The position numbers were made by a program, and so were the translations under genes. From positions 4,050,001 through 4,082,000 of the forward strand of contig LT962688.1 of the NCBI GenBank assembly GCA_900234795.1: a stretch of DNA of 32,000 nt. Direction: 5' to 3'. Below are positions 21,732 to 30,793 of this stretch, piece by piece (positions within the stretch are counted from its first letter, which is position 1; the number at the start of each line of letters is the position of its first letter). Origin of the DNA: Methylorubrum extorquens. Lineage in GTDB: Bacteria; Pseudomonadota; Alphaproteobacteria; Rhizobiales; Beijerinckiaceae. The notes beneath the pieces are model-generated. The model was given only the letters and a program-made list of their open reading frames with translations. It did not search any database and was not told where the DNA came from.

Positions 21732-21767
21732 CAAGGGCCGCCCTCGAAGCGTCAGGAGCGGCCCTTG
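21732..21767 (-). terminator. Intrinsic-terminator-like hairpin between mgsC and gmaS
   Basis: A 10-bp stem caagggccgc/gcggcccttg encloses a 16-nt loop. On the minus strand it is followed immediately by TTCTTTTGT. It lies 5 nt after the mgsC stop (21772..21774). Confidence 0.5.
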
Positions 21768-21771
21768 CAGG

Positions 21772-23115
21772 TCAGATGCCGGTCTTGCCGGGGATCCAGC
21801 CGGTGCCGGCGAGCGGCACCTGGGCCATCGCCGCGGCCTCGATGGTGAGCGCCACGAGATCCTCGGGTTCGAGGTTGTGCAGGTGGCTCTTGCCGCAGGC
21901 CCGCGCGATGGTCTGAGCCTCCAGCGTCATCACCGCGAGGTAGTTGGCGAGCCGGCGGCCCGCGAGCTCCGGATCGAGGCGCTTGGCGAGTTCCGGGTCC
22001 TGCGTCGTGATGCCGGCCGGGTCGCGGCCCTCGTGCCAATCGTCATAGGCGCCGGCCGTGGTGCCGAGCGCCTCGTACTCCGCCTGCCAACGGGGATCGT
22101 TGTCGCCGAGCGCGATCAGGGCGGCGGTGCCGATGGCGACCGCATCGGCGCCGAGCGCCAGCACCTTGGCCACGTCGGCACCCGAGCGGATGCCGCCCGA
22201 CACCACGAGCTGCACCTTGCGGTGCAGGCCCAGATCCTGAAGCGCCTGCACGGCAGGGCGGATCGCGGCCAGCGTCGGGATGCCGACATGCTCGATGAAC
22301 ACGTCCTGCGTCGCGGCGGTGCCGCCCTGCATGCCGTCGAGCACGACCACGTCGGCGCCGGACTTGGCCGCCAGCGCGGTGTCGTAATAGGGGCGGCTCG
22401 CGCCGACCTTGACGTAGATCGGCTTCTCCCAGTCGGTGATCTCGCGCAGCTCCTCGATCTTGATCGCGAGGTCGTCCGGCCCGGTCCAGTCCGGGTGGCG
22501 GCAGGCGGAGCGCTGATCGACGCCGGGGGGCAGGCAGCGCATGCCGGCGACGCGCTCGGTGATCTTCTGGCCGAGCAGCATGCCGCCGCCGCCGGGCTTG
22601 GCGCCCTGGCCGATGACGACCTCGATGGCGTCGGCCTTGCGCAGGTCGTCCGGGTTCATGCCGTAGCGCGAGGGCAGGTACTGGTAGACCAGGGTCTTGG
22701 AGTGGCCGCGCTCCTCCGGCGTCATGCCGCCGTCGCCCGTGGTGGTGGAGGTGCCGGCCAGCGTCGCGCCGCGCCCGAGCGCCTCCTTGGCGTTGGCCGA
22801 GAGCGAGCCGAAGCTCATGCCGGCGATGGTGACCGGTGTCTTCAGATGGATCGGCTTCGAGGCGAAGCGCGCGCCCAGCACCACTTCGGTGCCGCAGCGC
22901 TCGCGGTAGCCCTCCAGCGGGTAGCGGCTGATCGAGGCGCCGAGGAACAGCAGGTCGTCGAAATGCGGCAGCGCGCGCTTCGCGCCAGCGCCGCGGATGT
23001 CGTAGATGCCGGTCGCCGCCGCGCGGCGGATCTCGGACATCACGTCCGGGGTGAAGGTCGCCGACAGGCGCGGTTTCGTGCGCGGCGTCTCGCGGGAATC
23101 CTTGCGGTCGGCCAT
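21772..23115 (-). CDS. mgsC: FMN-binding glutamate-synthase-family protein (GltB domain-2-like); N-methylglutamate synthase subunit C by context
   Basis: The 447-aa ORF contains GMSFGSLS, QGAKPGGGGML, GGTAAT and VSGGIRSGADVAKVLALGADAV. ATG 23115 overlaps the mgsB stop (TGATG). Confidence 0.85.
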   Translation of the reverse strand: MADRKDSRETPRTKPRLSATFTPDVMSEIRRAAATGIYDIRGAGAKRALPHFDDLLFLGASISRYPLEGYRERCGTEVVLGARFASKPIHLKTPVTIAGMSFGSLSANAKEALGRGATLAGTSTTTGDGGMTPEERGHSKTLVYQYLPSRYGMNPDDLRKADAIEVVIGQGAKPGGGGMLLGQKITERVAGMRCLPPGVDQRSACRHPDWTGPDDLAIKIEELREITDWEKPIYVKVGASRPYYDTALAAKSGADVVVLDGMQGGTAATQDVFIEHVGIPTLAAIRPAVQALQDLGLHRKVQLVVSGGIRSGADVAKVLALGADAVAIGTAALIALGDNDPRWQAEYEALGTTAGAYDDWHEGRDPAGITTQDPELAKRLDPELAGRRLANYLAVMTLEAQTIARACGKSHLHNLEPEDLVALTIEAAAMAQVPLAGTGWIPGKTGI

Positions 23116-23804
23116 CAGTAGGCTCCGGCGTTGTCGACGTGGAAATGGTAGAGGGTGCGGGCCGAGCCGTAGCGGCGGAATTCGCTCGGGCTCACCTCCC
23201 CGGCGAGGCCGGCGGCGGCGAGCTTGTCGGCGAGTTCGCGCAGGTGCTCGTCGCGCATCTCTTTCTCGACGCAGTCGGCGCCGAGGCTTTTCACCGAGCC
23301 GCGCACGTAGAGCTTGGCCTCGTAGAGCGAGTCGCCGAGCGCCTCACCGGCATCCCCGAGGACGGTGAGCGTGCCGGCCTGGGCCATGAAGGCCGACATG
23401 TGGCCGATCGAGCCCTTCACGACGATGTCGACGCCCTTCATCGAGATGCCGCAGCGGGCGCCCGCATTGCCGTCGATGATGAGCATGCCGCCATGGGCCG
23501 TGGCGCCGGCCGACTGGCTGGCATCGCCCCGTACGTGGACGAGGCCGGAGATCATGTTCTCGGCCACGCCCACGCCCGCATTGCCGTTGACGAGAACGGT
23601 CGCGAGCTTGTTCATGCCGGCGCAGTAATAGCCGACATTGCCCTCGATCTCGACGGAGACCGGCGCGTCGAGCCCGGCGGCGATGGCGTGGCGCCCGTCC
23701 GGACCGGTGACGGTCCAGTGGGTCTCGTTGGTGTCGGGCCGCAGGGCGTGCAGGGCCCGGTTCAGTTCGCGCAGGGGCGCGGATCGCAGGTCGAAACTCG
23801 GCAT
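23115..23804 (-). CDS. mgsB: GXGXG-motif protein (glutamate synthase alpha-subunit C-terminal domain-like); N-methylglutamate synthase subunit B by context
   Basis: The ORF shows the repeating beta-helix pattern VEIEGNVGYYCAGMN...VNGNAGVGVAENMISG...VRGDASQSAGATAHGG...IDGNAGARCG. I prefer the start at ATG 23804 (MPSFDLRSAPLRELN), which overlaps the mgsA stop by 1 nt. Confidence 0.85.
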   Translation of the reverse strand: MPSFDLRSAPLRELNRALHALRPDTNETHWTVTGPDGRHAIAAGLDAPVSVEIEGNVGYYCAGMNKLATVLVNGNAGVGVAENMISGLVHVRGDASQSAGATAHGGMLIIDGNAGARCGISMKGVDIVVKGSIGHMSAFMAQAGTLTVLGDAGEALGDSLYEAKLYVRGSVKSLGADCVEKEMRDEHLRELADKLAAAGLAGEVSPSEFRRYGSARTLYHFHVDNAGAY

Positions 23805-24739
23805 CACTGGCGCTCCCCGGAAGCGTGCTCGGAACCTGTGCGCTCCCACGCGTAGACCTTGGCCGGCTCGGGCTCGAACACGCGGGCGGTGTCGATGCCG
23901 GGCAGGCCGACCAGCGCCCGGTACTCGGAGCCGAAGGCGACGTAGTCGTCGGTCTCGGCCATCACGGCGGGCTTGCAGGCGATGGGGTCGCGCACGACCG
24001 CAAAGCCGGTCTCGGTGCCGACCACGAAAGTGAAGAAGCCGTCGAGATCGGTCAGGCTCGATTCGAGCGCCTGCTTCAGCGAGGCGCCCTCGCGCATGCG
24101 CCAGCTGAGGTAGCCGGCGGCGACCTCGGTGTCGTTCTGGGTGGCGAAGCTCAGCCCCTCGTGGCGGAGGCGGCGGCGCAGGTCGTTGTGGTTCGACAGC
24201 GAGCCGTTATGGACGAGGCATTCGTCGGTGCCCGTCGAGAACGGGTGGGCGCCGTTGGTCGTCACCGCGCTCTCGGTGGCCATGCGGGTATGGCCGATGC
24301 CGTGGGTGCCGGACATGCCCTCCAGGGCGAAGCGCTCGGCCACGGAAGCCGGCAGCCCGACTTCCTTGTAGATCTCCATGCGCCGGCCCGCGCTCACCAC
24401 GTCGATGCCGGGGGTGTTGTCCTTGAGCCAAGCGCGAATCTCGGCCTCGCGCTCCGCTGGAACGGCGAGGACGGTGTGAGTGTCGCGCTCGGTCGCCTGC
24501 GCCGAGAGGGCCAGCGCCGCTTCCATCTTCGCGACCGCGCCGCGCAGCGCCTCCGGGCCGGGGCCGCGCAGGGTCAGCTTGACGCTGCCGGCATCCGAGG
24601 CGCCGTCCGAGCCGTAGACCGCGAAGCCCGCGCTGTCGGGACCGCGATCGGTCATCGTCTCCAGCATCTTGGAGAGCATCGCGCCGAGCTGCGGTTCAAG
24701 CTTCGGATTCTTGAGGAATAGTCCGACAATACCGCACAT
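23804..24739 (-). CDS. mgsA: Class-II (Ntn) glutamine-amidotransferase-like protein; N-methylglutamate synthase subunit A by context
   Basis: The track ORF extends to 24916. Class-II GATases need Cys2, which gives the start at ATG 24739 (MCGIVGLFLKNPKLEPQLG...). The motifs GIGHTRMATES and LVHNGSLSNH are present. Confidence 0.85.
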   Translation of the reverse strand: MCGIVGLFLKNPKLEPQLGAMLSKMLETMTDRGPDSAGFAVYGSDGASDAGSVKLTLRGPGPEALRGAVAKMEAALALSAQATERDTHTVLAVPAEREAEIRAWLKDNTPGIDVVSAGRRMEIYKEVGLPASVAERFALEGMSGTHGIGHTRMATESAVTTNGAHPFSTGTDECLVHNGSLSNHNDLRRRLRHEGLSFATQNDTEVAAGYLSWRMREGASLKQALESSLTDLDGFFTFVVGTETGFAVVRDPIACKPAVMAETDDYVAFGSEYRALVGLPGIDTARVFEPEPAKVYAWERTGSEHASGERQ

Positions 24740-24912
24740 CGGCGCCGCCCCGTCCGTTCGATCATTGTCGAGAGGGATCGCACGCTCCGCCGGACGCGTC
24801 AACCAACAAGCACGAAAATTTCCTCTCATGAAACATGTCGCTGATAGCCGGAGGGCTGGCCGCGACGGCACACCGGCTCTGTCATCGCTTCGATGATGCT
24901 CGCGGCGACGCC

Positions 24913-25911
24913 TCAACGCTCAGCCTCTTGCCGGTGCCGCCGCCGCTCGGCCCGGGACAACTCGTCCGCGCTCGCAAAACCCGTGGCAGCAGCGATCTCG
25001 GCACGGCTCAGGGCGCTCTCGCGGCCGAGCTGGTGCGCCCGGTCGAGGCGCAGGTGCAGGTAATGCCGGTGGAGGCCACGCCCGAGCCCCTCGCGAAACA
25101 GCCGCTCCAACTGCCGTACGGACACGTGGGCGAGATCGGCCAGGGCCTCGCGCGGGACCGGCGCTTCGAGGTTCGCCTCCATTGCCGCGAGCACCCGCAG
25201 GAGCCGCGGGTCGCGCACGCCGAAGCGCTGGCGCAGATCCATCCGTTGCGGGCTCAATCCCTCGCGGATCTGGTTGTGCAGGAACCAGTCGCTGACGCCC
25301 GCGGCGAGGCCGGCGCCGTGGTCGCGGCCGATCAGGTCGAGCATCAGGTCGAGCGCGGCGATGCCGCCGGAGCAGGTGATGCGGTCGCCCTGGATCTCGA
25401 ACAGCGAGCGGACCACCTCGATCTCGGGGTAGCGCTCCTCGAAGGCCGGGACGTGCTCCCAGTGCAGCGTGCAGCGCCGTCCCGAGAGCAGACCGGCGCG
25501 GGCGAGAAGATACGGCCCGCCGGAAATGCCGCCGAGCGTCGCCCCGTGGCGGGCGAGCCCGCGCAGCCACGCGAACAGGGAGGGATCGTCGAACTCGGCC
25601 GGGTTTCCTCCGGCACAGACGAAGACGCGGTCGGCCCTGGCACGCGCGCCGACCGCGACGTCGGTGAGGATGCCGAGCCCGTTCGAGGCTTGCACCACCC
25701 CGCCGCCCGGCGCGGCGTGCCACCAGCGATAGAGTTCGCAGCCCGACAGGGTGTTGGCGGCGCGCAGGGGCTCGACCGCCGCGGTGTAGGCCATCAGCGG
25801 AAAGTCCGGCACCAGCACGAAGCCGACCGTTCGCGGCGCGGGATCTTCGGCCCGCGCGGGCTTTCGCCAGGGCCGGGCGTGCTGGCCCGGTTCGGGGGTG
25901 TCGTCCGACAT
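24913..25911 (-). CDS. GlxA-family transcriptional regulator (DJ-1/PfpI-like domain + AraC-type HTH)
   Basis: After the start MSDDTPEPG... comes VGFVLVPDFPLMAYTAAVEPLRAAN (DJ-1-like), and later SVRQLERLFREGLG...HYLHLRLDRA (AraC HTH). ATG 25911 is preceded by GGAGGGA. The track start at 26043 adds an implausible Arg-rich extension. Confidence 0.8.
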   Translation of the reverse strand: MSDDTPEPGQHARPWRKPARAEDPAPRTVGFVLVPDFPLMAYTAAVEPLRAANTLSGCELYRWWHAAPGGGVVQASNGLGILTDVAVGARARADRVFVCAGGNPAEFDDPSLFAWLRGLARHGATLGGISGGPYLLARAGLLSGRRCTLHWEHVPAFEERYPEIEVVRSLFEIQGDRITCSGGIAALDLMLDLIGRDHGAGLAAGVSDWFLHNQIREGLSPQRMDLRQRFGVRDPRLLRVLAAMEANLEAPVPREALADLAHVSVRQLERLFREGLGRGLHRHYLHLRLDRAHQLGRESALSRAEIAAATGFASADELSRAERRRHRQEAER

Positions 25912-26111
25912 GTCCGATCGATCCCTCCGGGATGGCCGATGGGCCGTCACGCGGGTTCGCGCGATACGGCCTGCGCTCGGATCAGGCGAAGGACGAGCCG
26001 CGCATTTCTGCGCGATTTGCCGGAAACGTGTCGCGAAATGCAAGTCTGCCGCAGGCGATCGCGGCTACCTCTGGGACCACACAGACATCTCGGGCAAGAG
26101 CGGCTGACCCC

Positions 26112-27362
26112 ATGCGCTATTCCCTGTTCAGCGTCCTGGGGCAGGCCCTGCGCGGCCAGCGGGATTGGACCCCGCAATGGCGCGACGCCGCCCCGCAGGA
26201 AGCCTACGACGTGGTGATCGTCGGCGGCGGCGGGCACGGGCTCGCCACCGCCTACTACCTCGCCAAAGAGCACGGCCTCACCAACGTCGCCGTGCTGGAG
26301 AAGAGCCACATCGGCTCCGGCAATGTGGGCCGCAACACCACCATCGTGCGCTCGAACTACGGTCTGCCGGGCAATATCCCGTTCTACGAGCGCTCGATGA
26401 AGCTCTGGGAAGGGCTGGAGCAGGACATCAACTACAACGCCATGGTCAGCCAGCGCGGCGTGCTGAACCTGTACCATTCGGACGCGCAGCGCGACGCCTA
26501 TGCCCGCCGCGGCAACGCCATGCGGCTCGCCGGAATCGATGCGGAACTGCTCGACCGCGAAGGCGTGCGCCGGTTGGTCCCGTTCATCGATTTCGACAAC
26601 GCGCGCTTCCCCGTGAAGGGCGGCCTGCTCCAGCGCCGCGGCGGCACCGTGCGCCACGATGCGGTCGCCTGGGGCTATGCCCGCGCCGCCAGCGACCGCG
26701 GCGTCGACATCGTCCAGAACTGCGCCGTCACCGGCATCCGCCGCGAGAACGGCCGCGTCACCGGCGTCGAGACCAGCCGCGGCTTCATCCGCGCGGGGAA
26801 GGTCGCACTGTCGGTGGCCGGCTCGTCGTCGCTGCTGGCCGGCATGGTCGATATGCGCCTGCCGATCGAGAGCCACGTGCTCCAGGCCTTCGTCAGCGAG
26901 GGCGTGAAGCCCCTGATCGACGGGGTGATGACCTTCGGCGCCGGCCACTTCTACGTCAGCCAGTCGGACAAGGGCGGCCTCGTCTTCGGCGGCGACATCG
27001 ACGGCTACAATTCCTATGCGAGCCGCGGCAACCTCCACACCATCGAGGACGTGATGGAGGGCGGCATGGCCCTCTGGCCGGGGCTCGGCCGCCTGCGGCT
27101 GCTGCGCCACTGGGGCGGCATCATGGACATGTCGATGGACGGCTCGCCCATCATCGACCGCACCGACATCGGCGGCCTCTATCTCAATGCCGGCTGGTGC
27201 TACGGCGGCTTCAAGGCGACGCCGGCCGCGGGCTTCTGCTTCGCCCACCTGATCGCCCGCGACGAACCGCACGCGGATGCGCGCGCCTACCGCCTCGACC
27301 GCTTCGCCACCGGCCATCTCATCGACGAGAAGGGCATGGGCGCCCAGCCCAACCTGCATTGA
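26112..27362 (+). CDS. mgdA: Sarcosine-oxidase beta-subunit-family FAD oxidoreductase; N-methylglutamate dehydrogenase subunit A by context
   Basis: The start is MRYSLFSVLGQALRGQRDWTPQWRDAAPQEAYDVVIVGGGGHGLATAYYLAKEHG (a SoxB-type N-terminus with the GxGxxG FAD fold). The track start at 25932 is an upstream extension. Confidence 0.85.
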   Translation: MRYSLFSVLGQALRGQRDWTPQWRDAAPQEAYDVVIVGGGGHGLATAYYLAKEHGLTNVAVLEKSHIGSGNVGRNTTIVRSNYGLPGNIPFYERSMKLWEGLEQDINYNAMVSQRGVLNLYHSDAQRDAYARRGNAMRLAGIDAELLDREGVRRLVPFIDFDNARFPVKGGLLQRRGGTVRHDAVAWGYARAASDRGVDIVQNCAVTGIRRENGRVTGVETSRGFIRAGKVALSVAGSSSLLAGMVDMRLPIESHVLQAFVSEGVKPLIDGVMTFGAGHFYVSQSDKGGLVFGGDIDGYNSYASRGNLHTIEDVMEGGMALWPGLGRLRLLRHWGGIMDMSMDGSPIIDRTDIGGLYLNAGWCYGGFKATPAAGFCFAHLIARDEPHADARAYRLDRFATGHLIDEKGMGAQPNLH

Positions 27363-27374
27363 GACTTCCTTGGC

Positions 27375-27396
27375 GGCGTCGGCCGAAGCCGACGCC
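27375..27396 (+). promoter_or_regulatory. Perfect 9-bp stem / 4-nt loop hairpin in the mgdA-mgdB spacer
   Basis: The sequence is ggcgtcggc-cgaa-gccgacgcc, with no downstream U-tract. Confidence 0.5.
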
Positions 27397-27479
27397 ATCC
27401 GCCGCATGGGCGGCGACGCGCAGTCGCGCTTGCGATGCCCGCTTGAGCGGACATCGATCTCAAAAGAGGACGACACGCC

Positions 27480-27767
27480 ATGCGCATCCGATGCCCCTTC
27501 TGCGGCGAGCGCGATAATGGGGAGTTCAGCTACCTCGGCGACGCCGCGCCCCGGCGTCCCGACGGGCTCGACGCCTCGGCGGCGGCCATGCACGACTACG
27601 TCTATCTCCGCGACAACCCCGCCGGGACGATCCGCGAACTCTGGTACCACGCCGCCGGCTGCCGCTCCTGGCTGGTCGTGACCCGCGACACCCGCACCCA
27701 CGCCATCGAGGCGGTCGGGTCGGCGCGCGACGTCGCGCGGGCGCGCCGCTCGGGAGAGGCCGCATGA
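27480..27767 (+). CDS. mgdB: Sarcosine-oxidase delta-subunit-family protein; NMG dehydrogenase subunit B by context
   Basis: The 95-aa ORF begins MRIRCPFCGERDNGEFSYLGDA and contains ELWYHAAGCRSW (a Zn-ribbon-like Cys pattern typical of SoxD). Its stop overlaps the mgdC start (ATGA). Confidence 0.85.
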   Translation: MRIRCPFCGERDNGEFSYLGDAAPRRPDGLDASAAAMHDYVYLRDNPAGTIRELWYHAAGCRSWLVVTRDTRTHAIEAVGSARDVARARRSGEAA

Positions 27768-30700
27768 CCACGCTCGCCCTTCAGCGCGCGGAGGCCCCGG
27801 CTTCCGCAAACACCGGCGACCAGCCGTTCCGCACCGCCACCGGCGGCCTGATCGACCGGAACCGGCCGCGCGACTTCAGCTTCGACGGACGGCGCCTCAC
27901 CGGCTGCCACGGCGACACGCTGGCCTCGGCCCTGCTCGCCAACGGCGTGCGCCTCGTCGGCCGCTCGTTCAAGTATCACCGGCCGCGCGGCATCCTCTCG
28001 GCCGGCTCGGAAGAGCCGAACGCGCTGGTGGAGCTCCGCTCCGGCGCCCGGCGCGAGCCCAACACCCGCGCCACCATGGCCGAGCTCTACGAGGGGCTGG
28101 AGGCGACGAGCCAGAACCGCTGGCCCACGCTCGCCGTGGATGCGCTCTCGGTCAACGCGCTGCTCTCGCCGGTCTTCGCGGCGGGTTTCTACTACAAGAC
28201 CTTCATGTGGCCGGCTTCCCTGTGGGAGAAGCTGTACGAGCCGATGATCCGGCGCGCGGCCGGTCTCGGTCGCGCCGCCGATGCGCCCGATCCCGACACC
28301 TACGACCACGCCCACGCCCATTGCGACGTGCTCGTCATCGGCGGCGGCCCGGCCGGGCTGTCGGCGGCGCTCGCCGCCGGCCGCTCCGGGGCGCGGGTCA
28401 TCCTGGTCGACGAGGATTTCGCCACCGGCGGTCGGCTGCTCGCCGAGCGGCGCGAGATCGGCGGCACGAGCGGGGCCGCGTGGGCCGCGCGCGCGGTGGC
28501 CGAGCTGGAGAGCCTGCCAGAGGTGCGCATCCTGTCGCGCACCACCCTGTTCGGCGTCTACGATCACGGCGCCTACGGCGCGGTCGAGCGCGTCTCCGAT
28601 CATCTCGCGGTGCCGGCCGCCCACACCCCGCGCCAGCGGCTGTGGCGGATCGTGGCCCGGCGGGCGGTGCTCGCGGCCGGCGCGATCGAGCGCCCGCACG
28701 TCTTCGGCGGCAACGACCGGCCCGGCGTGATGCTGGCCGGCGCGGTGCGGACCTATCTCAACCGTTACGGCGTGCTGCCGGGGCGCCGCTTGGCCGTGTT
28801 CACGTCGAGCGACGACGGCTGGCGCACCGCCACCGATATCCTGGCCGCAGGCGGCGGGCTCGCGGCGGTGATCGACACCCGAGCTGCCGTTCCCCCCGCC
28901 TTGCGCCGGATGGCGGAAGCCGCCGGGGCGCGTGTGGTGGCTGGTGGGTACGTCGCGGGCACCAAGGGGCATCTGGGCCTGAGCGCGATCCAAGTCGTGG
29001 ACGGCGACAACAGCACCGAGACGATTCCCTGCGACGGCCTCGCCATGGCCAATGGCTGGAACCCGGTCGTTCACCTCGATTCGCACCTGTCGCGTCGGCC
29101 GGTCTGGGACGCGGCGATCCACGCCTTCGTGCCGGGCACCCTCCCCTCCGGCATGCAGGCCGCCGGCGCCGCCGCCGGGCGCTTCACCCTGGCCGAATGC
29201 CTGGAGACCGGCGCCCGGGCCGGCGCCGAGGCCGCGAGTGAGTGCGGCTTCACCGCCTCCGCCGAGGCCGCTCCGCCGACCGACCCGGAAAGCGTGGACC
29301 ACACCCCGCTCTGGCGCGTGCCAAAGCCGAAGGGAAAAGCCTTCGTCGATTTCCAGAACGACGTGGCGGTCTCCGACGTCGAACTCGCCCACCGTGAGGG
29401 CTTTCGCGCGGTCGAGCTGTTGAAGCGCTACACCACGCTTGGCATGGCGACCGACCAGGGCAAGACCTCGAACCTCGCCGGTCTCTCGATCATGGCCGAG
29501 CTGACCGGCAAGGACATCCCGAGCGTCGGCACCACGGTGTTCCGCCCGCCCTTCACCCCCGTCGCCATCGGCGCGTTTGCCGGCCATCACCGCGGCAAGG
29601 AGTTCCGCGCCACCCGGCACGTCCCCTCCCATGCCTGGGCGGAGGAGAACGGCGCGGTCTTCGTCGAGACCGGCCTGTGGCTGCGCCCGGCCTATTTCCC
29701 GAAGGGAGGCGAGACCGACTGGCTCGACACGGTGGTGCGGGAGGTCGAGACCGTGCGCGCCCGCGTCGGGATCTGCGACGTCACCACGCTGGGCAAGATC
29801 GACATCCAGGGCCGCGATGCGCTGGCCTTCATCGAACGGGTCTGCGCCAACCCCTTCGCGACGCTGCCCGTCGGCAAGGCGCGCTACGCCGTGCTGCTGC
29901 GCGAGGACGGCTTCATCCTGGACGACGGCACGATCGCGCGGATGGGCGAGACCCATTACGTCATGACCGCCTCGACGGCGAACGCCGCGCGGGTGATGCA
30001 GCACCTCGAATTTTGCCGGCAATGGTTGTGGCCAGAGCTCGACGTGCAGCTCGCCTCGGTCAGCGAGCAATGGGCGCAATATGCGGTCGCCGGCCCTCGC
30101 GCCCGCGATACCCTGCGCCGGATCATCGATCCCGGTTTCGATCTCTCCAACGAGGCCTTCCCGTTTCTCGCCTGCGCCGACGTCTACGTCGGCGGCGGCA
30201 TCCCGGCGCGTCTGTTCCGCATCTCGTTCTCGGGCGAGCTTGCCTACGAGCTCGCTGTGCCGGCCGCCTACGGCGACGCGGCGTGGCGGGCGATCATGCA
30301 GGCGGGCCTGCCCTACAGCATCACCGCCTACGGCTCGGAGGCGCTCTCGGTGATGCGCATCGAGAAGGGCCACGCGGCCGGGTCTGAGATCAACGGCCAG
30401 ACCACCGCCCGCGACCTCGGGCTCGGCGGGATGCTCGCCAAGAAGAAGGACTATATCGGCCGCCTGATGAAGGAGCGCCCGGCGCTGGTCGATCCGGACA
30501 GGCCGATCCTCGTGGGCTTCCGCCCCGTCGATCCGAGCGCGCGACTCCGGGCGGGGGCGCATTTCCTGAGCCTCGACGCCGCGCCGAGCCTGGAGGCCGA
30601 CGAGGGTGTGATGACCTCGGTGGCCTACTCGCCGAGCCTGAAGAGCTGGATCGGCATCGGCCTGATCCGGCGCGGACCCGAGCGCCACGGCGAGCGGGTG

Positions 30701-30793
30701 CGCGCCTACGATCCGGTGCGCGGCGCCGAGATCGAGGTCGAGATCTGCTTACCGGTCTTCGTGGACCCCAAGGAGGAGAAGCTGCATGTCTGA
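27764..30793 (+). CDS. mgdC: Sarcosine-oxidase alpha-subunit-family protein (FAD/NAD-binding + aminomethyltransferase folate-binding domain); NMG dehydrogenase subunit C by context
   Basis: The 1009-aa ORF contains FSFDGRRLTGCHGDTLASALLANGV, DVLVIGGGPAGLSAAL, and a C-terminal GcvT-like region (KIDIQGRDALAFIERV...YVMTASTANA...FSGELAYEL). Confidence 0.88.
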   Translation: MTTLALQRAEAPASANTGDQPFRTATGGLIDRNRPRDFSFDGRRLTGCHGDTLASALLANGVRLVGRSFKYHRPRGILSAGSEEPNALVELRSGARREPNTRATMAELYEGLEATSQNRWPTLAVDALSVNALLSPVFAAGFYYKTFMWPASLWEKLYEPMIRRAAGLGRAADAPDPDTYDHAHAHCDVLVIGGGPAGLSAALAAGRSGARVILVDEDFATGGRLLAERREIGGTSGAAWAARAVAELESLPEVRILSRTTLFGVYDHGAYGAVERVSDHLAVPAAHTPRQRLWRIVARRAVLAAGAIERPHVFGGNDRPGVMLAGAVRTYLNRYGVLPGRRLAVFTSSDDGWRTATDILAAGGGLAAVIDTRAAVPPALRRMAEAAGARVVAGGYVAGTKGHLGLSAIQVVDGDNSTETIPCDGLAMANGWNPVVHLDSHLSRRPVWDAAIHAFVPGTLPSGMQAAGAAAGRFTLAECLETGARAGAEAASECGFTASAEAAPPTDPESVDHTPLWRVPKPKGKAFVDFQNDVAVSDVELAHREGFRAVELLKRYTTLGMATDQGKTSNLAGLSIMAELTGKDIPSVGTTVFRPPFTPVAIGAFAGHHRGKEFRATRHVPSHAWAEENGAVFVETGLWLRPAYFPKGGETDWLDTVVREVETVRARVGICDVTTLGKIDIQGRDALAFIERVCANPFATLPVGKARYAVLLREDGFILDDGTIARMGETHYVMTASTANAARVMQHLEFCRQWLWPELDVQLASVSEQWAQYAVAGPRARDTLRRIIDPGFDLSNEAFPFLACADVYVGGGIPARLFRISFSGELAYELAVPAAYGDAAWRAIMQAGLPYSITAYGSEALSVMRIEKGHAAGSEINGQTTARDLGLGGMLAKKKDYIGRLMKERPALVDPDRPILVGFRPVDPSARLRAGAHFLSLDAAPSLEADEGVMTSVAYSPSLKSWIGIGLIRRGPERHGERVRAYDPVRGAEIEVEICLPVFVDPKEEKLHV

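Noticed and set aside
25947-30688. Long minus-strand ORFs 25947..27809 (620 aa) and 27602..30688 (1028 aa)
   Set aside because: They are antisense to mgdA/mgdB/mgdC, with low-complexity translations. The plus-strand products match the sarcosine-oxidase subunit families.
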